A stretch of 64,000 bases of DNA from the NCBI GenBank assembly GCA_963716895.1, contig CAVQUJ010000008.1:828-64827 (forward strand). The letters are read 5' to 3'. Both the position numbers and the translations under genes were made by a program. This document shows positions 30,941 to 44,571 of the stretch, in pieces. The stretch is from an uncultured delta proteobacterium (lineage in GTDB: Bacteria; Myxococcota_A; UBA9160; UBA6930). The first letter of the stretch is position 1, and each line of letters opens with the position of its first letter. The notes beneath the pieces are model-generated. The model was not told the origin of the DNA and did not search any database. It saw only the letters and a list, made by a program, of their open reading frames with translations.

Positions 30941-32580
30941 CTACTGGAGGTAGTTCGAGCCGCCGAGGCGGACGGCCTTCGGGTCCATGCGCACGTGCAC
31001 GATCGCGAGCTTGCCGGACGCGAGCGCCGCGTCGAGCGCGGGCCGGATCTGCTCGGGCCGCTCCACGTACGCCGCGAAGCCGTCCACCATCTCGGCCATC
31101 TTCTCGTAGCGCGCGGGCAGCAGCGAGGCGATGCGCGGCGAGCCGGGCGGCAGCATGTGGTCCTGGATCATGTGCCCTGCGATGCCCTCGTTGTTCGCGA
31201 CCACGAACACGGGATGGGCGCCGACGCGCTGAGCCGTCTCGACGCACATCGCGGCGGCGCCGAACGCGTAGTCGCCGAGCACGGCGACCACCGGCGCGTC
31301 CGGGCAGGCGAGCTTCGCGCCCACCGCGTAGGGTGCGCCGACGCCCATGCAGCCGGTGGTGCCCGCGTTGAGGCGGCCGCGGTTGCGGTAGGACGGCAGC
31401 ACGGTGCGGCACACGCCCATGATCGTCTCGCCCTCCTCGATCACGATCGAGTTGCGCGGCAGCGCGGCCTTCACCTCGTTCACGAGCCGGTAGGGCTGGA
31501 TCGGGATCGAGTCGTCGGCTGAGCGCCTTCGCCGCGCCGGCCTCGTTCTTCGCGGCGGCCGCGCGCAGCCCGCCGAGCCAGCTCGAGCCGGCGGAGCGCA
31601 GCTTGCGGCCCGCGAGCGCGCCGCCGAGCTGCTCGGCGGCGACGGCGGCGTCGGCCACGATCGCGGTGGTGAGGCTCGCGCCCGAGTACGCCTCCTCGGC
31701 CTCGACGTCCACCTGCACGATCTTCGCGCCCGCGGCGAAGCGGCGGCCGAGGCCGAAGATCCAGTTGAAGCGGCCGCCGAACATCACGATCACGTCGGCG
31801 CCCGCGAGCGCCTGCGAGCGCGCCGCGTTGGCGAAGTTCGGGTGATCGTCCGGCAGCGTGCCGCGCGCCATCGGCGACGTGACGTAGGGGATGCCGAGGT
31901 CGACGAGCTTCGCGAGCGCGGGGCCGGCGTCGGCCCAGGCCGCGCCCTTGCCGATGAGCACGAGCGGGCGCTCGGCGCTCTCGAGCAGATCCGCGGTGCG
32001 CGCGATGGCGTCGGGGTCGGGGAAGGCGCGCGTGATCTCCGGGCGCGCTGCGCAGCGTCACCTGCTCCTCGGGCACCTTCTTGCCGACCAGGTGGCCGGG
32101 GAAGTCGAGGTAGACGCCGCCCGGGCGGCCTTCCACGGCCTTGCCGAGCGCGAGGTGGATCCACTCCGCGATGCGGTCGGTGCGATCGACCTGGCCCGTC
32201 CACTTGCACGCGGGCTTCGCGAGCGCGAGCTGGTCGAGCTCCTGGAAGGCGCCGAGACCGAGCGTGCCGCCGAACGCGGAGCCGCCGAGCACGACCAGCG
32301 GCAGCGCGCTCGCGGTGGCGACGTAGAGCGGCGTGATCGCGTTCGTCAGCGCCGGGCCGGAGCCGACGATCAGCACGCCGGCCTTCCGCTTCTGGTAGCC
32401 CCAGGCCTGCGCCATGAAGCCGCCGTTCAGCTCGTGGCGGCACCCCACCACTTGGAGGCCCGCCTCCTGCGAGCCGGCGAAGAGCTCGATCATCGGCCCG
32501 GCGACCACGCCGAACACGGTGTCGATGCCTGCCGCACGCAGCTGGCGCGCCGCGATCTGTCCGCCGTGGATCTCCGCCAT
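30941..32580 (-). CDS. Thiamine-diphosphate enzyme (oxalyl-CoA decarboxylase / 2-hydroxyacyl-CoA lyase-like), frameshifted
   Basis: RHE, SGP..TN, GAFQE.DQ, GRPG.VYLD.P, GGR.NWI, AGT.G.MGVG..YA, GDYAFG...NN. Confidence 0.85.
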
Positions 32581-32674
32581 GGTGAACTTGCCTCCGCGCT
32601 GCGGCGTAGCACATCGCATGGGTGCAACGTAGACTGGGCCCCCGCTGCCCCCGCGCGCCCGGAGGCCGGAATCT

Positions 32675-33371
32675 GTGATCGAGCTCCGCAATGTGTCGCG
32701 CTTCTACCAGCGCGGGGCGGACGATGTGCACGCCCTCGAGAACGTCTCGCTCGAGATTCCGGCGGGCCGCTTCGTCGCGCTGATGGGGCCCTCGGGCTCG
32801 GGCAAGTCCACCCTGCTCAACATGCTGGCGGGCCTCGATCGGCCTTCGGACGGCGAGATCACCGTGGCGGGCCGCAAGCTCGGCGACCTCTCCGAGGACG
32901 AGCTCGCCGAGTTCCGCGCCGCGCACATGGGCTTCGTGTTCCAGTTCTTCAACCTGATCCCGGTCTTCTCGGCGCGCGAGAACGTGGAGCTGCCGCTCCT
33001 CCTCACGCACCTGAAGAAGGCGGAGCGCCGCGAGCGTGCCGAGACGGCGCTGCGCATCGTGGGCCTGTCGGAGCGCGCGAATCACATGCCCGCGCAGCTG
33101 TCGGGCGGCGAGCAGCAGCGCGTCGCGATCGCGCGCGCGATCGTGACCGACCCCGAGATCGTGGTGGGCGACGAGCCCACCGGCGACCTCGACGCGAAGA
33201 ACGCGGAGGAGGTGCTCGGCCTGCTGCGCACGCTTGAAGCAGGAGTTCGGCAAGACCGTCGTGATCGTGACGCACGATCCACGCGCCGAGCGCTACGTGG
33301 ACGAGGTGTACCTGCTCGACAAGGGCGTATTCATGGGCTCGCGGCCGGGCGGTGGAGGTGGAGCGCGATGA
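32675..33371 (+). CDS. ABC transporter ATP-binding subunit (MacB/LolD type), frameshift near 33235
   Basis: [31 protein letters not shown]. Confidence 0.93.
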
Positions 33372-34536
33372 TCAAGTTCCTCCCGTTCGTGCTCCGCAAC
33401 CTGTTGCGCAACAAGCTGCGCTCGCTGCTGACGGGCGGCGCCATCATGCTCGCGATCGCGCTCGTGTGCGTGTTGCGCACCGCGCCCGAGGGCTTCGACG
33501 CCTTCCTCAACTCGCTCGCGAAGAACAGCCGCATCTCCATCCACAACACCGCCGGCATCGTGTACGGCATGCCGTATGCCTACCTCGGCCGCATCCGGTC
33601 GGTGCCGGGCGTGGTGGGCGCGGCGAGCTGGAGCTGGTTCGGCGGCGCGGTGGATCGCGACAAGGGAGTGACCTTTCCGAACTTCGCCGTCGATGCCGAC
33701 ACCATCGGCGTCGTCTTCGAAGACCTCGGCATCGATCCGAAGGCGATCGAGCACTTCCGCACCCATCGCGACGGCGCGCTCGTGGGCCACATGACGATGA
33801 ATCGCAACGGCTGGAAGGTGGGCGACGAGATCGCGCTGTCGAGCACCGTCTACCCGGTCGACCTCACGTTCCGCATCTCGGGCGAGATCCCGGCCGAGCA
33901 GGATCCGCGCTTCTGGTTCCAGCGCGACCTATCTCGAGGAGGCGCTCAAGGCGAAGGGCATCCCCTTCGACCAGGTCGGCATGATCTGGGCGCGCGTCGA
34001 CCAGGCCGAGCAGGTGCCCGGCGTGATGAAGCAGATCGACGCCATGTTCCGCAACAGCGACGCGGAGACGGAGTCCGAGACCGAGAAGAGCTTCTTCCAG
34101 AACTTCTTCTCGATCCTCCAGGGCTTCATCGCCGTGTTCCTGATCGTGAGCTGGCTCGTCACGGGCTGCATCGTGTTCATCGCCGCGAACACCGCGAGCA
34201 TGGCGGTGCGCGAACGCCTGCGGGAGCTCGCGGTGCTGAAGGCGATGGGCTTCCGCTGGCGGCTGCTGTTCGGCACGCTGCTCGCGGAGGCCACGCTGCT
34301 CTCCACGCTGGCTGGCGCGATCGGAGCGCTGCTCTCGCTGTCGTTCACGCACGTGCTCGGCACGATGGCGAACACCACGCCCGCAGATGGGCCCGCTGTC
34401 CGGCTTCATCGTCACGAACTGGATCCTGGTGCAGGCGCTGTTCATCGCGTTCTTCGTGGGCATCCTCTCGGGCGTGGTGCCCGCCTTCGGCGCGGCGCGG
34501 CGCAGCGTGGCGTCGACGCTGCGCGAAGTGTTCTAG
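33368..34536 (+). CDS. ABC transporter permease (MacB/FtsX type), frameshifted
   Basis: RN.LRS.LT, ER.RE.AVLKA.GF; hydrophobic segments. Confidence 0.88.
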
Positions 34537-34544
34537 GTACCGCC

Positions 34545-35725
34545 ATGGCGCTTCCCTTGAGCTACCCGCTGCGCAACCTGGCGCACCGGCGCCTGCGCAC
34601 CTCACTCACGGTCGCCGTGGTCGCGCTCGTCGTGATCGCGACGACGCTGTTCCTCGGCCTCGTCACGAGCATGCGCCGGACGCTGGCGACCACCGGCTCG
34701 CCGGACAACCTGATCGTGCTGCGCAAGGGCTCGGACAACGACGGCTCGAGCGCGGTGCCCGCTCGAGGCGTTCCAGGCGCTGCGCTTCTTCGACGGCGTC
34801 GCGCGGAACGCCGCCGGCGAGCCGCTGGCGTCGCCGGAGCTGGTCGTGCAGCCCTTCTTCTTCACCGAGGACGGCGGCCGCGAGAACGTGCTCGTGCGCG
34901 GCGTGGAGCCGATCGCGCTCGGCGTGCACGACGAGGTGCGCATCGCCGAAGGGGCGCATGTTCGTGCCGTCGCAGGGCGAGGCGGTGGTCGGCCGGGGCG
35001 TCGCGAGCCGCTACCGCGGCACCGAGCTCGGCCACGAGCTGCGCTTCGGACGCCGCGCCTGGAAGATCGTCGGCATCCTCGAATCGGGCGGCTCCTCCTT
35101 CGAGAGCGAGGTGTGGGTGGATGCGCGAGATCTCGCCGCCGACGCCAAGCGCACCGTTCCGTACTCGGGCGTGCGCCTCAAGATGGCGTCGGGCATCGAT
35201 CGGGACGCGTTGATCCGGCGGATCGAAGACGACCCGCGCTGGACGCTCGGCGCGAGTCTCGAGACGGCGTACTACGCGAAGCAGGCGGAGAGCGCGAACT
35301 TCTTCATGGTGTTGGTGGTGTTCCTCGCCGTGGTCGCCGGCTTCGGTGCCGCCTTCGGCGCCACGAACACGATGTACGCGGCCGTGCAGGCCCGCATCGC
35401 GGAGATCGGCACACTTCGTGCGCTCGGCTTCTCGCGCGGCACGGTGCTGCAGGCCTTCGTGGTCGAGTCGATCGCGTTGGCCGTGCTCGGTCTGCTGGTG
35501 GGCGTGGCGATCGCGGTGCCGCTGGCTTTCGTGGTGTCGAAGGCGCTCGGGGGGATCGCTTTCGGCCTCTCGACCTTCAGCACGAGCGTGATCACCCTGC
35601 GGGTGAGTCCCTTCGACATCGCGGTCGCCGCACTCCTGGCGCTCGCGATCGGGCTCGGGGGCGGCCTCGCGCCGGCGTGGCGCGCGGCGAGGCTCCGCCC
35701 GGTCGAAGCGCTGCGGAAGGGATAG
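34545..35725 (+). CDS. ABC transporter permease (MacB/FtsX type), frameshifted
   Basis: [31 protein letters not shown]. Confidence 0.88.
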
Positions 35726-35731
35726 GGACGC

Positions 35732-36946
35732 ATGCCCGAGATCTCCCGCACGCTTCGCGACGAGCTGCACTCGCTCCGCATCGACCGCAAGACGTCGAAG
35801 GCGCGCGGCGGCCCGCCGCGTTGGGTTTGGCTCGCGGGTGCCGCGTTGCTCCTGCTGGTCGCGGGGGTGCTCGCGTGGCGCGCGACGCTCGGGCGCATGC
35901 CCCGCGTGGAGGTCGCCATCGCGGCGCGCTCGGCGCCCGGCGCCACCACGGCGGGCCCGGTGCTCACCGGCTCGGGGTACGTGGTGACCGGCGAGAAGTA
36001 CATCTCGATCGGCGTGCGTATCCCGGGCCGCGTCGACGCCTATCTGGTGGACGAGTCGGAGCGCGTGACGAAGGGGCAGCCGCTCGTGCAGCTCGATCGC
36101 CGCGACTACGACGCCGCGATGCACCAGGCGGAGGCGAGCCTCGAGCTCGCGCGCGCCACGGCGGAGCTGCGCCGGCTCGAGGTCGAGCGCTTGCGCATCC
36201 TGCGCCGCCAGGACGTCGCCTCGCAGTCGCAGCTCGACGTGAAGGAGAGCGAGCTGCGCGTCGCGAACGCGCAGGTGCGGCAGGCGGAGGCGGAGATCGC
36301 CAAGGCCCGGGTGAACCTCGACTACACCACGCTGCGTGCGCCGACGGACGGCGTGATCCTCGCGAAGCTCAAGGAAGTGGGCGAGATGGCCGTGCCCGGC
36401 GGCTTTGCGGGCTCGGGCGACCTGATCCGCATGGCGAACCTCGAGGACATGCGCGCCGAGGTGGACGTCAACGAGATGGACCTCGGCAAGGTACGGCTCG
36501 GCCAGCAGGCGGAGGTGGTGCCCGACGCCTTCCCGGATCGGAAGTACTCGGCCCAGGTGGTGAAGCTCTATCCGCAGGTGAACCGGCAGAAGGGCACGCT
36601 CAAGGTCGAGGTAGGCATCCCCGAGGCGGACGAATGGCTGCGACCCGACACGAGCGTGCGCATCGTCTTCCTCGACGACGCGAGCCGGCGACGGCGGACG
36701 GCACCGCGACGACCGTGACGGCGCCGCGCACGGCGCTGCGCACCGAGGCGGGCGCGAGCTACGTCTGGGTCGTGACGGACGGGCGCTTGCGGCGGCAGCT
36801 GATCACGCTCGGGCGCGACGTCGGCGACCAGGTGGTGGTGGAGCAGGGCCTGCTCGGCGGCGAGGCGCTGGTGACGGGAGATCCGGGCGATCGCGCTCTC
36901 CGAGGGGCAGCGCGTCGAGATCGCCTCCGCGGGGACCGCTCCGTAG
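35732..36946 (+). CDS. Efflux periplasmic adaptor (MFP) subunit, frameshifted near the 3' end
   Basis: N-terminal TM, SGYVV, V..G..L..LD, RAP.DG, DVNE.D, PDAFP, NRQKGT. Confidence 0.88.
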
Positions 36947-36990
36947 CTCGACGGCGAGTGGCGATTGCTAGTGTGACGCGCGTGGTAGGG

Positions 36991-38918
36991 GTGAACCCCA
37001 CGAGCCCCGCGCTGGGCGAGCCGCGCGGGCCAGCGCGCGGCGGCTATTTGGCTGCGCTCGCGCTCGGCGCGCTCGGCGTCGTCTACGGCGACATCGGCAC
37101 GAGCCCGCTCTACGCGCTGCGCGAGTGCTTCCACGGCGAGTACGCCGTGGCGCCGACGCCCGGAGCAACGTGCTCGGCGTGCTGTCGCTCGTCTTCTGGT
37201 CGCTGATCGTCGTGATCTCGATCAAGTACCTGGTCTTCGTGATGCGCGCCGACAACCGCGGCGAGGGCGGCATCCTGGCGCTCGTGGCGCTCGCGGTGCC
37301 GCGCGACGTTGCCCCGGGCGGCTCGGCGTGGGCGCTCGCGCTGCTCGGCCTGTTCGGCGCCGCGCTGCTCTACGGCGACGGCATGATCACGCCGGCGATC
37401 TCGGTGCTCGGCGCCGTCGAGGGCCTCGAGGTCGCCGACGCCGGCGCTTCGAGCCGCTGCGTCGTGCCGATCACGGTCGCGATCCTGATCGGCGCTCTTC
37501 TCGCTCCAGCGCCGCGGCACGGGCAGCGTCGGCGCGCTGTTCGGCCCGGTCATGGTCGTCTGGTTCGTCGACGATCGCCGTGCTCGGCGTGCGCTGGCAT
37601 CGTCGCAGCGAGCCCGTCGGTGCTCGCGGCGCTCGTCGCCGCGGCACGCCGTCGCGTTCTTCGTCGAGCAACGGCTGGCAGCGGCTTCCTCGTGCTCGGC
37701 GCGGTGTTCCTGGTCGTCACCGGCGGCGAGGCGCTCTACGCCGACATGGGCCACTTCGGCGCGGCGCCCGATCCGCCTGGCCTGGTTCGCGCTCGTGCTG
37801 CCGGCGCTGCTGCTCAACTACTTCGGGCAGGGCGCGCTCGCTGCTCGAGCGACCCGGCGGCCGCATCGAATCCGTTCTATCTGCCTGGCGCCCGACTGGG
37901 CTGCTCTATCCGCTCGTCGCGCTCGCGACCGCGGCCACGGTGATCGCGTCGCAGGCGCTGATCTCGGGCGCCTTCTCGCTCACGCACCAGGCGATGCAGC
38001 TCGGCTACTGCCCGCGCCTGCCGATCGAGCCACACCTCGGCCGCGCGAGAGCGGCCAGATCTACGTCCCGCCGGTCAACTGGGCGCTGATGGTCGCGTGC
38101 GTGCGCGCTCGTGATCGGCTTCGGCTCGTCGGCGAATCTCGCCGCCGCGTACGGCATGGCGGTCACGGCCACGATGGTGATCACGACGGCGCTGCTGTGC
38201 GTCGTCGCGCGGCGGCGCTGGGGCTGGGGCCTGGGCGCGGTCGCGCTCGGCGTCGTGTTCCTGCCGGTCGACCTCGCCTTCCTCGGCGCCAACCTGCTCA
38301 AGATCGAGGACGGCGGCTGGTTCTCCGCTGCTGGTCGCGGCGTTCGGCTTCACCTTGATGAGCACCTGGAAGCGCGGGCGCGCCGTGCTGCGCGAGCGGC
38401 TCGAGGAGACGGGGCTTCCGCTCGAGCTCTTCCTGCCCGACCTCGAGACCAGCAAGCTCCCGCGCGTGCCCGGCGCCGCGGTCTTCCTGTCGGGCGACCC
38501 GCAAGGCACGCCGCTCGCGCTGCTGCACAACGTGAAGCACAACAAGGTGGTGCACGAGCAGAACGTGCTGCTCACGCTGGCGACGGAGGACGTGCCCTTC
38601 GTCGCGGACGAAGACCGCGTCACCTTGAAGCCGCTCGGCCACGGGTTCTTCCGCGTGGTCGCGCACCACGGCTTCATGGACCTGCCGGACGTGCCGAAGC
38701 TGCTGCGCAAGGTGCGCTCCGCGGCGCTGCCGATCGACCTCGAGCGCACGAGCTACTTCCTGGGGCGCGAGCGCCTGATTCCGTCCGGCCATTCCGGGAT
38801 GGCGCGCTGGCGCGAATGGATCTTCTCGGTGATGTCACAGAACGCGCAGAGCGCCACGACCTTCTTCCACATCCCGCCCGGCCAGGTGGTGGAACTCGGC
38901 GCGCAGGTCGAGCTCTAG
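36991..38918 (+). CDS. kup: Potassium uptake protein Kup (many frameshifts)
   Basis: [67 protein letters not shown]. Confidence 0.93.
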
Positions 38919-40126
38919 CCCGCCGCCCGCACCCGCACGCCGTCGGCGAGGCGATCGCTCGGGTGGAGGACGACGACCGCGCCCGCCTCGAGGCCGCCGG
39001 TGAGCTCGGCCTCGAACGGGCCGCGCGCGCCCACCTCGACCTCGCGGAGGCGCACAACGCCGCCGTCCACCACGAACACGGCCCAGCCCTCGCCGTGGCG
39101 GAACAGCGCGCTCGATGGCACGCGCAGTACGTCGTCGGCCTGCCAGACGACGATGCGCGCCTCGAGGCGGAAGCCGTCGCCGAGGCCGGTGGGCGGGTCC
39201 ACGAAGTCGCCGATCACGTTCACGCGCTGCTCCTCCACGCCGAGCGCGGAGACCTTGGTGAAGCCCGAGGGCTCGACGCGGCGCACGGTCGCGCGCAGCG
39301 GCTGGTCGCCGCCCCAGTCGTCGATCCAGAGATCGGCGCCCGGTTGGATCTTCACGGCGTCGGCCGAGAGCACGTCCACCACGATCTCGATCGCGGTGGG
39401 GTCGCCGAGGTCGAGCAGCGGTGCGCCCGCCATCACGATGCGCTCGCTCTCCTCGTGGATGCGGAGCACGTGCCCCGCGACCGGCGCTCGCACGTCGATG
39501 CAGTTGCCCGGCGTGGCGCAGGGGTCGTCGAGCGCTTGCGCCGACGCGCTGCGCGAGGCGCGCGCGGCCATCAGCACGGCACGCGCGGCGTCCGCTTCGT
39601 GGTCGGCGGCGGCGGTCGCGAAGCGCGCCGCCTCGCGCTCGCGCTGGGCGCGCGTGCGATCCAGATGCGCGCGTTCGAGCGCCTCGTCGGATTGCACGCC
39701 CGCCTCGCGCAGGCGCTGCGCACGCTCGAGGTTGCGCTCGGCCTGCGCGAGCGCCGCGTCGGCGAGCGCTGCGCGCGCATCGGCGCCGCGCCGCGCGTCC
39801 TCGGAGGCCTCGAGGCGGGCGCGGGCGGCGGCCTCGTCGCGCGGATCGAGCGGCGCGGGGACGATGCGCGCCACCACGTCGCCCACGGCCACCTCGTCGC
39901 CCGCGTCGAGCTCGATGCGCAGCAGGCGCCCCGCGGCAGGGGCGGCCAGGACGAAGCGCTGGCGCACGCGCGTCTCGCCCTCCTCGTCGACCGTCAGCTG
40001 GAGCGGGCCGCGCGTGACGCTGCCGGCTTCGATCGGCACGGCCGGCGGCCGCAAGGCCCACCAGCCGAGCAGCGCGAGCGCGAGCGTGGCGAGCGCGAGG
40101 GCCAGGCGGCGGCGTGTGGGGGTCAC
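38915..40126 (-). CDS. Efflux/HlyD-type periplasmic adaptor
   Basis: [35 protein letters not shown]. Confidence 0.9.
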   Translation of the reverse strand: MTPTRRRLALALATLALALLGWWALRPPAVPIEAGSVTRGPLQLTVDEEGETRVRQRFVLAAPAAGRLLRIELDAGDEVAVGDVVARIVPAPLDPRDEAAARARLEASEDARRGADARAALADAALAQAERNLERAQRLREAGVQSDEALERAHLDRTRAQREREAARFATAAADHEADAARAVLMAARASRSASAQALDDPCATPGNCIDVRAPVAGHVLRIHEESERIVMAGAPLLDLGDPTAIEIVVDVLSADAVKIQPGADLWIDDWGGDQPLRATVRRVEPSGFTKVSALGVEEQRVNVIGDFVDPPTGLGDGFRLEARIVVWQADDVLRVPSSALFRHGEGWAVFVVDGGVVRLREVEVGARGPFEAELTGGLEAGAVVVLHPSDRLADGVRVRAAG

Positions 40127-40128
40127 GA

Positions 40129-42486
40129 CTACTCCCGGGTCTTCAGCACGGCCACGAGGTCGAGGTGGTCGAGGCGGCGCCGGACGATCGCAGTGGAGGC
40201 CGCCGCCGCACCGATCACCACGGCCACCGCGAAGGCATGGCTCTGGCTCGTGATGACGAGCGGGATGCGGAACAGCTCCCACTGGTAGGCGGAGGCGATC
40301 GCGGCGCAGAAGCCGTGGCCGATGGCGAGGCCGAGGGGAAGCGCGAGCCCGGTCAGCAGCGCCTGCTCGCCCAGCAGCAGCGTCGCGACCTCGCCGCGCG
40401 TGAAGCCGAGCACGCGCAGGCTCGCCAGCTCGCGGCCGCGCTCCGAGAGCGCGATCCGGGCCGCGTTGTACACCACGGCGCACGCGATCACCGAGGCGAA
40501 GCCGATCAGCACCGTCGTGAAGATCGCGAAGCTGCGGGCGAGCGTCTCCTCGAAGCTCTGGAGCATGGCGCTGCGGCTGGTGGCTCCCGCCACCGCGGGC
40601 ATGCGCTTCAGCGCCGCGTCGAGCACGGGCTTGCGCCTCGGGTCGACCTGGAGGAACGCGCCGCTCCACGTGCTCTGCTCGCGCAGCAGGCGGTGCAGCG
40701 TGCCGGCCTCGAGGTACGCGTTCAGGCCCAGCAGCTCGTCCACGAGTCCGGCGACCACGAGCTCCCGCTGCGCGCGCTTGCCTTCGAGCACCTCGACCGT
40801 GAGCCGGTCGCCCGGTGCGACGCCGAGGATCGAGCCGAGCTTCTCCGTGAGGATCACGCCGTCGGGAGCGAGCTCGTGCGGCCGGCCGTCGGCGCCGAGC
40901 ACGCGGCGCAGCTCGTGGCCGGGCACGAGACCGAAGAGCGGCACGCGCCGCTCGGCGTGCTCGAAGCGCAGCCGCACGGGCGCCACGCGGAAGGGCTCGG
41001 CGAGCAGCACGCCGGGCAGCGCGGCCACCGCATGGCGCGCGTCCGAGCTCAGCGGCTCCTGGAAGACGACGGTGAGGTCTTCGCGCTGCACGCCGCGGAA
41101 CTGCAGGTCGTTCATCGTCTGCACGGCGTCGACGAAGAAGCGGCCGACCAGCAGGATGGCGACGGCGAGCGCCGTGCCCAGCACGGACAGGCCCGCGCGC
41201 ACCGGCCGGCGCGCGAGGTTGCGCCAGATCATGCGCGCCGCGGCGGGCAGGCGCCGGCCGAAGCGCGAGCGCTCGAGCCAGCCCGCGGAGAAGCGCGCCG
41301 GCGGCTCGGGCCGCATCGCCTCGGCGGGCGTGAGCGCGAGCACGCGCCGCACCGCGCCGAGCGCGCCGGTCAGCGCGGCGAGCGCGCTCACGCCGATGGC
41401 CGCTCCGATCACGGTCGGCCCGGGCGAGAACCGGAGGACGGGGAAGCGATAGAACGTCACGTACATCTCGTGGATGCGCGCGCCGAGCCACAGCCCCGCC
41501 AGCACGCCGATCGCCGCGCCGATCGCCACCGCCACGAGGGCGAAGCCCAGGTAGTGCGAGGCGATCGCACGATCCGGGTAGCCGAAGGCCTTCAGCACCG
41601 CGATCTGCTCGCGCTGCGTGGCGACGAGCCGCGAGAGCACGACGTTCAGCAGGAACGCCGCGACGCCCAGGAAGATCGCCGGGATCACGGTGCCGAACAC
41701 GCGGTTCTGGGCGATCTCGTCGGAGATGAACCGATGCGAGAGCTGGTCTTCGCGACCGTACGCGCCGAGGCCGCCCCAGGGCTCGAGCAGGTGATCGAGA
41801 CGCGCGATGACTTCGCGCTCGCTCGCGCCGGCCTCGAGCGTGAGCGCCACGTCGTCGAAGGCGCCCTCGAGCCGGAAGGGCGGGCCGAGCGCGTCGTTGC
41901 TGGCCCAGAGCACGCCGAAGCGGCGGTTGTCGGGGAACAGCGCCGCACCCTGGATCTCGTAGATGTACTCGGGCGAGAGCGCGACGCCGACGATGCGCAG
42001 CTGCTGCCAGCGGCCGTGCAACACGGCGCCGAGCGTGTCGCCGGGCACGAGGTGATTGGCGTCGGCGAAGGCCTCGCTCACGAGCACCTCGTCGCGGCGG
42101 CCGGGCTCGATCCAGCGCCCGCGCCGCAGGTGCAGGTCGTTGAGGATCGGCACGCGTCGCTCGGGGATGCCGATCATCCGCCCGATGGCGGGCTCCTCGA
42201 GGCCCGGCACGTCGAGCGTCACCTGCGGCGACGATGCGCGTCTGCACCGCGGCCACGCCGGGGATCGCGGCGATGCGCGCCCGCAGCGCATCCGGCGCGC
42301 GCTCCAGCCCGGCGAATACGTCGGCGAAGCGATAGCTGGCGTAGTAGGTCGACTGCGACAGCGCCAGGGATTCGTACGCGGAGCGCGTGGTGACGACCAC
42401 CGCGACGCCACAAGCCACCACCAGCGCGATCGCGCCGACCTGGCCGCGCAGGTGCCAGAGGTCGCGCAGCAGCTTGCGGCGTAGCG

Positions 42487-42493
<7 letters not shown>
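40129..42493 (-). CDS. Duplicated FtsX-type ABC permease (frameshift near 42230)
   Basis: [40 protein letters not shown]. Confidence 0.9.
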
Positions 42494-43200
<707 letters not shown>

Positions 43201-43223
43201 GCGCGTCTCCGCGGCGTCTCGTG

Positions 43224-44402
43224 TCAGGAGCGCCCGGAGGCGAGCCGCCTCAGCTCCGCGAGCCAGCTCGCGACCTCGGGCGGGAGCTCGCCTTCGCCAC
43301 CCGATCCCGTGTAGCCGAGCAAGGTGGACTCTTCGAGCACCACGTAGGCGCGGCGCGCGGGCGGCGAGCCGGGCGCGGCTCGGATCGCCGCCTCGAGATA
43401 CGCCTCGGGCTCGGTGAGCCAGGGGCTCGAGCCGATGCGCAGCTCGGTCACGCCGAGCAGGTAGTAGGCCTCGGCGGAGTCCTTGGTCGGCTTGCCGGCC
43501 GCCGTCACCGCACGGTGTAGCAGGCCCGACGCGACGAGGTCGTTCACCAGTCCGGCGCGGTCGGCCGGGAAGCGGCGCACGGTCGCCGCGCCTTCGAGCA
43601 CCTGGCGCGCGCGGGCCACCTCCTGCCCGGGGGGCGTCGGCACGTCGAGCTTCGCGAGCGCGCCGACCCAGATGCCGACCAGCTCGTCCAGATAGGCCGG
43701 AAGATCGGTGCTCTTGCGCCACGCCTCGAGGTGCTGGCGCGGACGCGCGAGATCCCCGCGCACGCGGATCGAGATCGCGAGGTAGTCGGACAGGTAGCCG
43801 CCGAGGTCGAGCTGGGCCGGCGTCAGCGGCGGCTTCGAGTCCTTCGGCGCCAGCAGGCTCTCGTAGCTCTCGAGCGCCAGATCGAACTGGCGCGTCGCGA
43901 CCTGCAGGCGCACGCGTTCGTCGAGCGGCAGCTTGCTCGCGTCCACCGCGTTCCAGAGCGACTTGCCGAGCTCCGAGTCCTTGCCGTAGGGGAGCCGCGA
44001 GTGGCAGCTCACGCAGTCGTCCGCGAGCTCGCCGAGCAGGAAGCGAGCCTCCTCGAAACGGCCTGTCTCGAAGCGGTGCTCGACCTCGTGGGCGTCGAGC
44101 GCGAGCGCGCTGGCGAGATGGGCGAAACCGACGTCGCGCCCGCGCGCGTGGTCGGAGAGCGCGGTGGCGCCGTCGCGCAGGCGGCGGAGCGCCTGCTCGA
44201 GCCGCGCTCGGTTGGCCTCGGCCGCGAACTCCTCGGGCCGCAGCGAGAGGGGCAGGGCGACGCGCAGCGCTTCCACCATTTCGCTCATGCGGGCGCGGGT
44301 GGCCGCCTGTTCCGACTCGGCTCCGGGCGCCGCGTGGCCCGCGGCCGCGCTCACCAGGATCGAGACGAGGAGCATCGACAGCGTGACTCGCACGCGCACC
44401 AT
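43224..44402 (-). CDS. Secreted monoheme cytochrome c (helical-bundle type) with helical/TPR-like C-terminus
   Basis: Signal peptide, a single CVSCH after a helical region, AEAYYLLG...YLE..IR..P.S..A..AY. Confidence 0.65.
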   Translation of the reverse strand: MVRVRVTLSMLLVSILVSAAAGHAAPGAESEQAATRARMSEMVEALRVALPLSLRPEEFAAEANRARLEQALRRLRDGATALSDHARGRDVGFAHLASALALDAHEVEHRFETGRFEEARFLLGELADDCVSCHSRLPYGKDSELGKSLWNAVDASKLPLDERVRLQVATRQFDLALESYESLLAPKDSKPPLTPAQLDLGGYLSDYLAISIRVRGDLARPRQHLEAWRKSTDLPAYLDELVGIWVGALAKLDVPTPPGQEVARARQVLEGAATVRRFPADRAGLVNDLVASGLLHRAVTAAGKPTKDSAEAYYLLGVTELRIGSSPWLTEPEAYLEAAIRAAPGSPPARRAYVVLEESTLLGYTGSGGEGELPPEVASWLAELRRLASGRS

Positions 44403-44571
44403 CACTTCCCTCCCACCGGGTTCCGGCCGCAGGATGCACGCTGCATGCCGGTTGCGCCCGTCCTCCGGCGCCTGTCGCCCCGCGCGCTGCGGCGCCGGGC
44501 CCCAACGCGAGGCGCCCGGCCTCGTCCTGTCGGCGGTTGACCCCGCCTTGCGCGCCTGCTTGGATGGCGTC

